Assembly: GCA_003140935.1 (NCBI GenBank)
Contig: PLLJ01000041.1
Coordinates: 12,212-76,211 of the forward strand
Source: Candidatus Omnitrophota bacterium
GTDB taxonomy: Bacteria; Omnitrophota; Omnitrophia; Omnitrophales; Aquincolibacteriaceae
DNA: 64,000 nt
Direction: 5' to 3'
The position numbers and the translations under genes are program-made. The first letter of the stretch is position 1; the number at the start of each line of letters is the position of its first letter. Below, one piece after another: positions 1 to 10,600 of the stretch. A model generated the notes under the pieces. That model saw nothing but the letters and a program-made list of their open reading frames with translations, ran no database searches and had not been told where the DNA came from.

Positions 1-1216
1 ATCTTCCCTCATTTAATATATATTCTCTCCAAAAATCCACCCCGCATCTTTCGATCAGCATATCGTTCAATCCCGTATTAGGTTTCGCAATGGCCTTGCA
101 GACCTGGATAAAATCGAGTTTTAGTTTTTTTGCAAAATTTATCGTTTCTAAAATACTCTCCCGCGTGTCAGAGGGATTACCCACCATAAAGAAACCTAGC
201 GTTTCTATGCCGTATTTGTGCGTCATTTTTATTGCCTGTGCTATCTGATGCGTTTCGATGCCTTTATTAATGCTTTTTAGCACTTCCGGAGAAACGGATT
301 CTATCCCGTAGTATATCCGCCTGCAGCCAGCCCGTGCTGCTTTTTCCAGAATCTCTTCATCCACCACATCCACTCTAGATCTGCAAGACCACTCTACCTT
401 AATGCCGCGCCTTATAATCTCTTCGCATAATTTTATGGATCTTTCCTTATTCACAAAAAATGTAGCATCAAAAAAATCGATCTCCCGAACGTTGAATTTC
501 CGATAGCACTCTTCAATTTCATCTCCAACATTCTCAACGGATCGCTCGCCATAGAACAGTCTTGATATAGCGCAAAATTTACACTTATAAGGACATCCTC
601 TCGACGTAAGTATCACGGTATAATTTTTCCGCTGAGATGTAAAAGAAGAATATAAATGATTGGGCAGCAAGTGCCTTGCAGGAAAGGGGTAAAGGTTAAA
701 GTCCGCACCTTCTCCCTCGGGAGGATTTAAAATAATCTCCCCATGATTCTTATAGACCAACCCTTTTATATCATCGATGGTCTTATTATTTTCTAAAGCC
801 GAAATAAGTTGCGGCAAAGAATCAATCGCATCTCCCACGATCCCATAGTCAAAACATCCATGGGTTAATGATTCCTTGGGATACAAGGTGACATTAATCC
901 CCCCCACCACAATCTTGGTTTCCAGGCCTTCTTTAATAAAACTTGCCCATTCAACAACTCTATGGAACCAATAACTATCCGCTCTAAAACCTACCATGTC
1001 AGGAGAGAATTCCCGTAAAACCGACAAGGTTTTTTCTTTAGAAAGCTTGAGCGCATTGGCGTCAACAATAATAACCTCATGCCCCGCTTTCTCAAGAATC
1101 GCGCCGACATAAGCTAAAATGATGGGAGGGGCCAAACAAAATTCTTCGTCAACGACCCTGAGATTCTCAGAAAAACCCCTGTGCCCAAACGGGCAATGAA
1201 CTAAAGCGACTTTCAT
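1..1216 (-). CDS. B12-binding radical SAM protein (3' end runs off the window)
   Basis: Not in the ORF track. Hand translation from ATG 1216: MKVALVHCPFG...PPIILAYVGAILEKAGHEV (B12-binding domain), then TSRGCPYKCKFC (CxxxCxxC), YYGIES, FFMVGNP. Frame stays open to the window edge. Confidence 0.93.
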   Translation of the reverse strand, partial: MKVALVHCPFGHRGFSENLRVVDEEFCLAPPIILAYVGAILEKAGHEVIIVDANALKLSKEKTLSVLREFSPDMVGFRADSYWFHRVVEWASFIKEGLETKIVVGGINVTLYPKESLTHGCFDYGIVGDAIDSLPQLISALENNKTIDDIKGLVYKNHGEIILNPPEGEGADFNLYPFPARHLLPNHLYSSFTSQRKNYTVILTSRGCPYKCKFCAISRLFYGERSVENVGDEIEECYRKFNVREIDFFDATFFVNKERSIKLCEEIIRRGIKVEWSCRSRVDVVDEEILEKAARAGCRRIYYGIESVSPEVLKSINKGIETHQIAQAIKMTHKYGIETLGFFMVGNPSDTRESILETINFAKKLKLDFIQVCKAIAKPNTGLNDMLIERCGVDFWREYILNEGR

Positions 1217-1237
1217 TTTCCAGCCTTATCTAAACGA

Positions 1238-1614
1238 CTATTTGAATCGACCAGCATTCCGAATATCTCCTCTGCCATGTCTAGTGAGCATGCTCGCTGA
1301 AACGTATGCATCACATAAAAATCCCGGGGCAAATCCATGATGCGCTGTATCGACGCGCAAAACATCCTTCTGCTGCCCGATGCTTAAAGTGGCATCGAGA
1401 TAATTGTATCTCTGTGCTCCGCCAGAAAAAAATGGGGGTGAGATGGGATATTGTTTTAAGATATTTGAGATTTCCTCTAGTGAAAACCTTTTTCGCTGAC
1501 CCGCAAAATGCATCGGCCGGCAAGCCCCCACCGCGCCGCGACTGGTATTCTTTTATTAAATAGTTTCGCTTTTTGCGAGCGAACCTAAAGCTTGCCCCCA
1601 TTTTTGATTTTCAT
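1238..1614 (-). pseudogene. Degraded radical SAM paralog fragment
   Basis: MKIKNGGKL*VRSQKAKLFNKRIPVAARWGLAGRCILR aligns in register with KALLFNKRSPLLVSWFITERCNLS of 1630..2643. Continues after a frameshift as FSLEEISNILKQ...FFSGG. Confidence 0.65.
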
Positions 1615-1629
1615 TTTTCTCTCGGGATA

Positions 1630-2643
1630 TTACGGCGCGCTACTGTGATGAAGCGAGTTGTACTGCAATGCATCCGCAATGCTGCTAACATTAAGCTTGG
1701 AAATCATATTTATTTCCACAAAAGCACTGCACCAACAATCGCGACAATTCGGCGAAGTCAATCCCTCGAAACAGCACTTCAAGCCCTTCTTTAAAATATT
1801 AGGTGGATTTTCCTCTTTCGCAAACCGTGGACAAGGGAAGATGTTCCCCCCGGAATCAATGCGAACTATGATCTTTCCCGCCATGCAGTTTATTTGAGTC
1901 TTGTTAGGCCAGTTATATAAATGCTTTAGCCCAGCCATTGAGTTACCGATAGAATTTTTTCTCTTTTTTAAATCCATCAATAATAAAACTGCTCGCCTAT
2001 AACCATCGACATCCGGAGAGATTGGATTCATTTCCTTCCCGTATAATATCGTCTTGGTAGCAGGCTGAAAATATACTTTCGAATCAAATTTTTTCCCACA
2101 ATCTAAAAGATGATTGACACTTTCTAAGTCGAGCGAATTCAGCGTGGCAGATATCGATATGGGAATACGCTTATCCTTCGCCGTTTTTATTGCCTCAATG
2201 GTTTTCTCGTACGAACCCCGGCCGCGAATACGGTCATGGACCTCCTCGGGACCGTCAAGGCTGAGCGTAACTCCATCTAATTTATTAATCTTATCGATTT
2301 TCTCTGGAAATAGAATGCCGTTCGTGGAAAGAAAAACCGCAAGCCCGCGAGAATGCGTGTGGTTCATTATATCCACCATATCCTCTCGCAACAAGGGCTC
2401 ACCTCCAGTAAATTTTATCAGCCTTGTCCCTAAGTTTTTTAATGAATCTATGATGTCCATCACCTGACCAGTGGACAGCTCGGGTGATTTAGTGCGCCCT
2501 GCGCTACAATGCAGACAACTCAAGTTACAACGCTCAGTTATGAACCAGCTCACCAAAAGAGGGCTTCGTTTGTTAAACAACAACGCTTTTAAGAATGAAC
2601 TTCCTAAAAATATCTTCGCCCTAAAATCCATTTTTTTCCTCAC
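1630..2643 (-). CDS. Radical SAM protein with C-terminal SPASM/twitch-like Cys region
   Basis: CNLSCLHC motif, FTGGEPLLR, SLDG, C-terminal C..G...PC and CxxCxC. Confidence 0.92.
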   Translation of the reverse strand: MRKKMDFRAKIFLGSSFLKALLFNKRSPLLVSWFITERCNLSCLHCSAGRTKSPELSTGQVMDIIDSLKNLGTRLIKFTGGEPLLREDMVDIMNHTHSRGLAVFLSTNGILFPEKIDKINKLDGVTLSLDGPEEVHDRIRGRGSYEKTIEAIKTAKDKRIPISISATLNSLDLESVNHLLDCGKKFDSKVYFQPATKTILYGKEMNPISPDVDGYRRAVLLLMDLKKRKNSIGNSMAGLKHLYNWPNKTQINCMAGKIIVRIDSGGNIFPCPRFAKEENPPNILKKGLKCCFEGLTSPNCRDCWCSAFVEINMISKLNVSSIADALQYNSLHHSSAP

Positions 2644-2679
2644 AAACCTTTTTGGGCATATATTCCTTCAAACTTAACG

Positions 2680-2853
2680 TTACGCCTTCACAAATCGGTC
2701 ACATCCAGCCCTTTTTCCCTTGCTGGAAGTCGACCGCTCTTATAATTTAAGAATAATCTGTTCCGATTTAAATCTTTACCTTGCCATCTTTTGCCCCTTT
2801 CTGTTGCCAGAAGTCTATCACAACAGCTGGCTCAGTTTTCGGGGACTAGGTTA
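2680..2853 (-). mobile_element. IS3-family left-end remnant with decayed OrfA start
   Basis: Minus strand TAACCTAGTCCCCGAAAACTGAGCCAG resembles an IS3/IS407-group IRL. It is followed by RBS GAAAGGGG and ATG 2787 giving MAR*RFKSEQIILKL*E, like the IS3 OrfA start. Distal boundary approximate. Confidence 0.65.
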
Positions 2854-3059
2854 GTCCTATGATCTTCCCAGCAATGACCCGTTTTTATTTCAAAAAACAA
2901 TCGGTCCTTGGCTGATTGCTTTTTTGTTTTAGGTGGATTTCTACCAAAATGATAGCACTTTTCCTGAGTTCACCCCCTGGCCAAGCAAGTTTCAGAATCA
3001 GCGGGACACCCCCGTGGAGTAGCCTAGTTTCAACGTGGGGAAATGGGAGGAAAAGCGAA

Positions 3060-3464
3060 CTAACGTTTCCAAACGACCTGTTCGATCTTGGTCTGGAGAT
3101 TGGTAAGATCGAAAGGCTTTTCAATGAAGCCGCTGATCTCTTCTCGAGCAAAAAGAGGCTGCATCACTGCCCCGGCCCCCGTAAGCATAATAACCGGGAT
3201 GCTACGAATGCGTGCCTGCTCGTGAGAATTCCTATGATTGTAAGAGCGGATCCCGCGAAGACAGGCCAATCCGCCCTCACCTCCCGGAATGCAAATATCA
3301 AGAAGTACGCAATCGGGTGCCCCTTTTTCTATTTTCTGGAATCCTTCGAGGACAGTATGTGCGATTAAGACCTTGTAACCCAATTGCTCGAATTTTTCTT
3401 TGACGATCTGACAGATATCGTCTTCATCATCTATGATCAGTAAGCACTTTTGTTTCTCTGCCAT
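3060..3464 (-). CDS. Single-domain response regulator (CheY-like receiver)
   Basis: LIIDDE, VLLD phosphoacceptor, IMLTG, EKPF. Confidence 0.92.
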   Translation of the reverse strand: MAEKQKCLLIIDDEDDICQIVKEKFEQLGYKVLIAHTVLEGFQKIEKGAPDCVLLDICIPGGEGGLACLRGIRSYNHRNSHEQARIRSIPVIMLTGAGAVMQPLFAREEISGFIEKPFDLTNLQTKIEQVVWKR

Positions 3465-4109
3465 TTTAACTCGCTACAATTTAATTTTCTCAATGATTGT
3501 CAATAAGTACCCTTCGACAGCAACCAACACGGGCATTTTATTACTTGTTCTATTCAATATCCATAAAATTTTTGAGCATTTCCCTCTCTTCTAGCATCAA
3601 GAATCCGCTGCATTATTCTATCGACTAGCTTGATGCATTGGATTAGTGAAATTTTCTGCTTGATAAGCTTCGCCCTCCATTTACTCAAAAATCCTACGGG
3701 AATAAAAGCGACCTTCCAAGGCAAGAGTTTCCTGATGACGCATTCGAAAACAATGACGGCCATTAGACTAAAATAAGGGGTGGATCAAATCTAATAGAAT
3801 ACCGGAGGTAATCAATAGTAGATCCGAAGCCCCTCATGATTTGTGACAGCATAATGTTGATAGTGCCATGTTAATGAACCCATGCAGCCGATGGAGTGTC
3901 TTAATCGTAGATTTTATGGACAGAGCGGTCAAAGATGGATAGACTTTGCCAATCTCAAGGATAAAGTCGGAGATGTTGAGGCCGGGGGGTTCAGTTCCTA
4001 TCTCCTTGCAAAAAGCGGAACTTTGAATTCCGTTGCGTTACCGAAAACTCTGAGTCTTCAGCCATCCATTTCATCAAGACCATAGTTCGAAAAGTGACAG
4101 CGTAAAGAG

Positions 4110-4286
4110 ATGAACCGTCTTATTCCGATCAATAAAATCTCAGACATTCCGGCAAAGCACAGAGCAACGCCGATAGGACGCCTCTTGGATTACCAAAACC
4201 TGGGTCGCCCGTTCAAATCCTATTTTCAGGCGCAACTTCTCATAGGTATGTGAATGGACGGCCGGCTTTTCCTATTGAAGGAATAA
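4110..4286 (+). pseudogene. Truncated beta-carbonic-anhydrase-like gene remnant
   Basis: MNRLIPINKISDIPAKHRATPIGRLLDYQNLGRPFKSYFQAQLLIGM*MDGR. Resembles the LLIGMCMDxR family with TGA (4251-4253) at the Cys position. The rest of the gene is absent. Confidence 0.6.
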
Positions 4287-4291
4287 AACCC

Positions 4292-5521
4292 GTGAAAAAA
4301 CCCATAGCCCCTAGCGAAAAAACATTGTTGTCTCGAGTTGAGATCCTGAACCAGCGGATCCAGGAAGCCAAAAAATACGACCTCTATCCTTACATGCATT
4401 CTTCGGATGCCGTGGAGGGAGTTCATGTCACGGTCCACGGCCGCCCTATGCTCCAATTCGCCTCTTATTCCTACCTCGATCTCTTAGGCCATCCCAAAAT
4501 CAACACCGCGGCTAAAAACGCCATCGATGAATTCGGAACGGGAACACATGGTGTTCGCTTCCTTGCGGGAACTACCCGGGTCCATTTGGAACTTGAAAAA
4601 AAGATCGCCTCTTTCAAAAAAACGGAAGCAGCCGTTGCCATCGCTTCGGGTTATGGAGCAAATTTTGGGACGATCTCTTCCCTGATGGGACGCCATGATG
4701 TGGTTATTTCCGACAAGATCAACCACGCCAGCATTGTCGACGGATGCATCTTGTCACGGGCCCAATTTGTTCGATTTGACCATAATGATATGGCCGCACT
4801 TGAAAGGGCACTCGACAGCACATCCGCCAAGGGAGGAGTTAAACTCGTAGTCGCGGACGCCGTCTTCAGCATGGATGGTGACATCATCAACCTTCCCGAA
4901 GTCATCAGGCTTTGCCGCAAATTCAAAGCCCTTCTGATGATCGATGAGGCACATTCCCTAGGCGTCCTCGGGAAAAAAGGCCACGGGATCGAGGAACATT
5001 TCGGGATCGATCCAGCGGAAGGTCTTATTGATATCAAAATGGGCACGTTGAGCAAGACCATCCCGAGCATCGGCGGCTACATCGCCGGAAGCACCCAGCT
5101 TGTCAATTATCTAAGACACTCTATACGGCCCTTTATTTTTTCGGCAGCAATTCCTCCCCCTGCAGCCGCTGCGGCTAAGACCGCCTTCGAAGTCATCGAA
5201 GACGAGCCGTGGCGCGTAGAAAAACTTCACAAGAACGCGGACTATTTCCTTAAAACCCTCCAAACCCGGGGATTCGACACGCTCAAGAGCCAAACAGCGA
5301 TCGTTCCGATCATTATCGGAGACGAAGCCAAAGCCTTGGAAATGACGCGTCTCGCAAGAAATGAAGGGATCTTCATCGTGCCAATCCTGCCTCCTGCGGT
5401 ACAGCCCAACACGACCCGGATCCGCGCAACCGTTACCGCGGGCCATTCGCTTCAGGAAATCGATCGCGCGATCAATACGTTCGAAAAGATCGCGAAATCA
5501 CTCAGCATCATACGCTCCTGA
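4292..5521 (+). CDS. PLP-dependent alpha-oxoamine synthase (BioF/Kbl/serine palmitoyltransferase family)
   Basis: SYSYL, NHASI, FSMDGD, DEAHS, GTLSK (PLP lysine). GTG 4292 with GAAGGA RBS preferred over 4250. Confidence 0.9.
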   Translation: MKKPIAPSEKTLLSRVEILNQRIQEAKKYDLYPYMHSSDAVEGVHVTVHGRPMLQFASYSYLDLLGHPKINTAAKNAIDEFGTGTHGVRFLAGTTRVHLELEKKIASFKKTEAAVAIASGYGANFGTISSLMGRHDVVISDKINHASIVDGCILSRAQFVRFDHNDMAALERALDSTSAKGGVKLVVADAVFSMDGDIINLPEVIRLCRKFKALLMIDEAHSLGVLGKKGHGIEEHFGIDPAEGLIDIKMGTLSKTIPSIGGYIAGSTQLVNYLRHSIRPFIFSAAIPPPAAAAAKTAFEVIEDEPWRVEKLHKNADYFLKTLQTRGFDTLKSQTAIVPIIIGDEAKALEMTRLARNEGIFIVPILPPAVQPNTTRIRATVTAGHSLQEIDRAINTFEKIAKSLSIIRS

Positions 5522-5686
5522 TCAAAGAGGCCCGGACCCAAAAATCTTTTTTTCTTTTTCCTGAGAAGTAAAAAGCATTGTCAGATTGATCGACTCTTTG
5601 GAGTACGCCTATCCCAAATTGCTCCGCATCGAACTCGTCCGCCCCTAGGATGCTCCCCGCCGATCCTTTCCGTCTCAGGAAAATGC

Positions 5687-5714
5687 TTGCAAATTCAACC
5701 TACATCGGTAAACT
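5687..5714 (+). promoter_or_regulatory. Putative sigma70 promoter for pckG
   Basis: TTGCAA-16-TAAACT; AAGGAG RBS before the start codon. Confidence 0.45.
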
Positions 5715-5756
5715 TCACCCCATACCCGCAATCAAATTCCCCATACAAAAGGAGTC

Positions 5757-7547
5757 ATGTTAATGGCAACGCCACTTGAACGATGGGTAGAGGAACAAGC
5801 AAAGCTAACCCAACCTTCCAAGATCTACTGGTGTGACGGCACGGAAGCGGAAGCTAAAAAGTTGATCAAGATCGGTATGAAAGAAGAAACGATCAACGGT
5901 CATCCCGTTTTCCAAAAATTGAACGACAAACATTGGCCGAACGCCTATTACCATCGGTCTCATCCCAATGACGTTGCTCGCACCGAGCAGCTGACTTTTG
6001 TATGTCATCCGGCCAAAGAGACCGCGGGTCCGAACAATAACTGGATGGATCCAAAAGAAGCCAAAACAAAAATGACGGCACTTTTCGACGGCTGCATGAA
6101 GGGCCGCACCATGTACGTCATGCCTTACATGATGGGTCATCCCAAATCCCCTTACGCGAAGGCTTGTGTCCAGATTACGGACAACAGTTATGTCGCCGTC
6201 AGCATGCGCATCATGACCCGCATGGGAAAAGAAGCTCTCGACCGTATCGGAAGTTCTGAGAATTTTGTCCGCGGCCTCCATTCCGTCGGAGATCTCCATC
6301 CCGAACGCCGTTTTATCATACACTTCCCACAAGAAAATCTTGTCTGGAGTTTCGGCTCGGGCTATGGTGGCAATGCCTTACTGGGGAAAAAATGCTTCGC
6401 CCTCCGGATCGCTTCCTGCATGGGGCAAAAAGAAGGCTGGCTCGCCGAGCACATGCTTATCATGGGGGTCGAAGATCCGAAGGGCCAAGTCACTTACATC
6501 GCAGCGGCCTTCCCCTCAGCCTGCGGTAAAACCAATCTCGCGCTCATGCAATCCGCTTTACCGGGCTATAAGGTCTGGACTTTGGGCGATGATATCGCAT
6601 GGCTTAACATCGGCCCGGACGGGCGACTTTATGCCATTAATCCCGAAGCCGGATTTTTCGGCGTTGCGCCGGGAACGTCGCTTAAAACAAATCCGAAAAT
6701 GATCGAGACGCTGAAGAATAAGAAATTCTTCCCGACTCTTTACACCAATACCGCGATTGACAATGACACGAATGAACCCTGGTGGGAAGGCCTGGATGGT
6801 GCTGTCCCCAAGAGCGTCACGGACTGGCAGGGCAACGCTTGGGATCCTTCCAAGGGAACCAAGGCCGCTCACGCCAATTCCAGGTTCACGGTGTCGATCC
6901 TGAACTGCCCCACGCTTTCCAAGGAATTCGACAACCCCCAAGGCGTTCCGATCTCCGCGATCATTGTGGGAGGGCGTCGCAGCAAGCTGATCCCTCTCGT
7001 CATGGAGGCTTTTAACTGGCAGCACGGTGTTTTTCTCGGCACCCGCACTGGTTCTGAGACCACGGCCGCGGCCGCACATCAGCTCGGAGTCCTGCGCCGC
7101 GATCCTATGGCCATGCTCCCTTTTTGCGGTTATAACATGGGCGACTATTTTGCCCACTGGCTCAATGTCGGAAAGAAGCTTAAAAATCCGCCCAAAATCT
7201 TCTCCGTCAATTGGTTCCGCACCGATGAAACCAGCAAATTCATGTGGCCAGGTTTCGGCGACAACATCCGCGTGATCAAGTGGATCATCGACAGGGTCCA
7301 GGGCAAGGTTGTCGCGAAAGAAACCGCTCTCGGTCTTCTTCCGGATCTGAAAGACCTCGATCTTTCGGGGCTCAATATCCCCCGCGAGACCGTGGATAAG
7401 CTTTTCTCGATCGATCCACCGGAATGGACGGGCGAGCTACAGGATATCGAGAAATATCTTTCACAGTTCGGCTCGCGCACTCCGGAAGCGATCTGGGAAG
7501 AATACCGGTCCCTTGCAGAAAAACTGGGACAATCCGTTTCGAAGTAA
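5757..7547 (+). CDS. pckG: Phosphoenolpyruvate carboxykinase (GTP)
   Basis: GSGYGGNALLGKKCFALR, FPSACGKTNLA, GDDIAW, NPEAGFFGVAPGT. Confidence 0.97.
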   Translation: MLMATPLERWVEEQAKLTQPSKIYWCDGTEAEAKKLIKIGMKEETINGHPVFQKLNDKHWPNAYYHRSHPNDVARTEQLTFVCHPAKETAGPNNNWMDPKEAKTKMTALFDGCMKGRTMYVMPYMMGHPKSPYAKACVQITDNSYVAVSMRIMTRMGKEALDRIGSSENFVRGLHSVGDLHPERRFIIHFPQENLVWSFGSGYGGNALLGKKCFALRIASCMGQKEGWLAEHMLIMGVEDPKGQVTYIAAAFPSACGKTNLALMQSALPGYKVWTLGDDIAWLNIGPDGRLYAINPEAGFFGVAPGTSLKTNPKMIETLKNKKFFPTLYTNTAIDNDTNEPWWEGLDGAVPKSVTDWQGNAWDPSKGTKAAHANSRFTVSILNCPTLSKEFDNPQGVPISAIIVGGRRSKLIPLVMEAFNWQHGVFLGTRTGSETTAAAAHQLGVLRRDPMAMLPFCGYNMGDYFAHWLNVGKKLKNPPKIFSVNWFRTDETSKFMWPGFGDNIRVIKWIIDRVQGKVVAKETALGLLPDLKDLDLSGLNIPRETVDKLFSIDPPEWTGELQDIEKYLSQFGSRTPEAIWEEYRSLAEKLGQSVSK

Positions 7548-7557
7548 GGATATCTTC

Positions 7558-7600
7558 AAAAAAAGGCAGGCCGCTTGATCACAAGCCGCCTGCCTTTTTT
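7558..7600. terminator. Bidirectional intrinsic terminator between pckG and metH
   Basis: A7-GGCAGGC(C)GCTTG-atca-CAAGC(C)GCCTGCC-T6 between convergent genes. Confidence 0.85.
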
Positions 7601-7606
7601 ATCTGT

Positions 7607-10600
7607 TTAAGCGCTGAAGTACTTTGCTTGCGGATGATGGACGATGATGGCTGAGGTGGATTGCTCCGGCGCCATCTGGAAGGTCTCACTCAGACTGATC
7701 CCGATCTTTTCCGCCGGAAGAACATGGAAAAGTTTTTTCTGATCCTCAAGATTCGGACATGCCGGATATCCGAAGCTGTAACGCGACCCCTGATACCCCT
7801 GCCGGAAGATCTCATCTTTGGTGCGTTTGTCCCGTTGATCGATCCCGAGATCGCGACGGATCAGAAGATGCGTGTACTCGGCCAGAGCCTCAGCAGCCTC
7901 CACGGAAAGTCCATGAAGATAAAGATATTCCGCATATTTATTCGCCTTAAAAAGTTTTTTCTCCACCTCACTGGCACGCTTACCCACGGTCACCGCATGG
8001 AAAGCCACAATATCAGTCTCCCCTCCCTTCGGTCTGAAAAAATCCGCAATGCACTGATAAGGCTCCCGTGATTGCCGGGGAAATGTGAACCGGGTCAATT
8101 CATTCTGAGCGGACCCATCCAACACGACCAGGTCATTCCCCTCGGAATAACACTTGTAGAAGCCATAGATGACCTTCGGCTCCAAGATCTTCTCACGGAC
8201 CGTTTGCGCCTTGAATCGTTCGAAAATGGGTTCCACATTCTCCTGAAGATAAAGTTCGAATTCGCGCGGAGTTCTGTCCCCTTGCTTAAATTGCCACTGG
8301 GCCCGGTAAAGCGCGATCTTGTTGATCCAGGGGAATACCTCTTGCATCCGGAGATTCTTGAGAATCCGGTAGCCAAAAAACGGAGGCTTGGGTATGGGGT
8401 TATCGCGATGAACGTGAAACGATGGCCCCTTTATGACATGCACGGCACTCGAAAGTGGCGGAACAGCTTTGGGCGGCGGAGCAGGCGGAACCGGAATAAC
8501 CGGCGTGGAGGTTTTAGCCTCCTGCTTTTCCGGAGCCGAACCCTGCTTGATCCTTTCCATGATCTTGAGACCGGAAAAGGCGTCGCGCCCATAATGAACC
8601 GGTCCCTGATAGGCCTGCGCGAGGTCACGCTCTACGTAACGCTCCGTGAGCGCCGCACCGCCACAGATCACCGGCAACTTGATCCCGCGCCGGCTCATTT
8701 CCTCAAGGTCCTCTTTCATGACGAGCGTTGATTTCACTAAAAGTCCCGAAAGCCCGATCGCATCCGCACGATTCTCGATCGCCGCTTTCATGATCGCCTC
8801 AACCGGCTGCTTGATCCCGATATTGAAAACCTTATAGCCGTTATTGGTGAGAATGATGTCGACCAAATTCTTCCCAATGTCATGAACATCACCCTTGACG
8901 GTCGCCAGGACGATACGTCCCCGCTCCTGGCCCTCCGATTTATCCATGAACTGCTCCAAATAGGCCACGGCTTTTTTCATAACCTCCGCCGACTGAAGCA
9001 CAAAAGGAAGCTGCATCTTCCCCGCGCCAAAAAGTTCTCCGACCACTTTCATACCCTCCAGCAAAAGCTCATTGATGATCTCTAGCGGTTTGTATTTTTT
9101 AAGAGCTTCGTCCAGGTCCGCGGCAAGATCATCGGAACTACCGTCAAGAATATGATTTTTCAGGATCTCCTCAACCGTGCCGGCCTTTTCGCGAGGCTTC
9201 TCAGCCATTCCCTGTTTGCCAGAAAAATGCGCAATGTATTCCTGCAAAGGGTCTTTACCGTCGATCCACTTGTTATGCAGCAATCTCTTTGCGATCTCAA
9301 GATCGTCCGCTGCGATCTTGAAGATCGGCACGATCTTTTGGGCATGAACGATCGCGGCATCAAGTCCCGCCTCCACACATTCATGCAGATAAACGCTGTT
9401 CAACACCTGCCGGGCATGCGGCGCAAGACCAAAAGAAATATTGCTGATCCCGAGGATCGTATGGACATCGGGCAGTTCTCTCTTAAGGCGGCGAATGGCC
9501 GCTATGGTTTCGGGCGCCGCGTTGCGGAACTCCTCACTGCCACTCCCAACGGTGAAAGTCAGCAGATCGAAGAAAAGATCTTCCGGCCGGATGCCGTACT
9601 GCTGAGTCACGATCTGATAAATGCGCTTGGCAACACGAAGCTTTTCCTCACGCGTTTTCGCCATGCCTTTTTCATCGATCGTCAAAGCCACTAAGGCGGC
9701 ACCGTATTTTTTCGCCATGGGACAGATCCTGCGTAACCGTTCACCGCCATCCTCGAGGTTGATCGAGTTGATGACGGGCTTTCCCGCGACATGCTTCAGG
9801 GCCTCCTCGATCACCGCATATTCCGTTGAATCGATCATCACCGGAACGGTGACATGCTGGTTGAAACGGCTGATCACTTCGCTCATATCTTTTTTTTCAT
9901 CGCGCCCGACATACGCCACGCAAAGATCCACGAGATGTGCGCCTTCTTTTACGGCCTCGCGCGCCACATTGACGATCGCGTCATAATCTTCGCGCTCAAG
10001 AAGCTGCTTGAATTTTTTACTGCCGTTGGCGTTCGCCTGCTCGCCTACCAGAAGCGGCGGGGGTTTTTGCGCATAGGGAGAGATCCCGTAAAGGCTTGCG
10101 CAAGCGGGTTCATGTTTGGGCGTCCGTTTTTTGGGAATGCATTTCCCCACGCGATCTACGACGGCTTTTAAGTGTTCGGGCGTCGTACCGCAGCAACCTC
10201 CCACGATCGAAACACCGAATTCTTTGACAAAACGTTCGTGGAAATCCGCAAGTTCCGTGGGGGTCAAATGATAATGAGCCGCGCCGCCGACATTCTCCGG
10301 AAGTCCGGCATTCGGTAAAACCGAAATATGTTTGACGGAATTTTCACAAAGCGTGCGAACGTGTTCAACCATTTCGGCGGGACCTGTCGCGCAATTCATC
10401 CCGATCACATCCACCGGGAACATCTCGAGCGTAGCGATCACCGCATGAATGTCTGTTCCAAGCAGCATCGTGCCCGTAGGCTCAAGAGTGACCTGGGCCA
10501 TGAGCGGCAACCGACGGCCCGTCTCTTTAAAATATTCCACCGCGGCAATAATAGCGATCTTGGTTTGAAGCAGGTCTTGGCAGGTTTCAATGAGCAGTCC

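Noticed and set aside
3554-4085. Short ORFs 3554..3763 (-) and 3882..4085 (+)
   Set aside because: No recognisable motifs or convincing RBS; probably decayed DNA.
4251-4253. UGA recoding (selenocysteine or alternative genetic code)
   Set aside because: TGA is a normal stop for many intact genes here, no clear SECIS follows, and the frame ends about 10 codons later.
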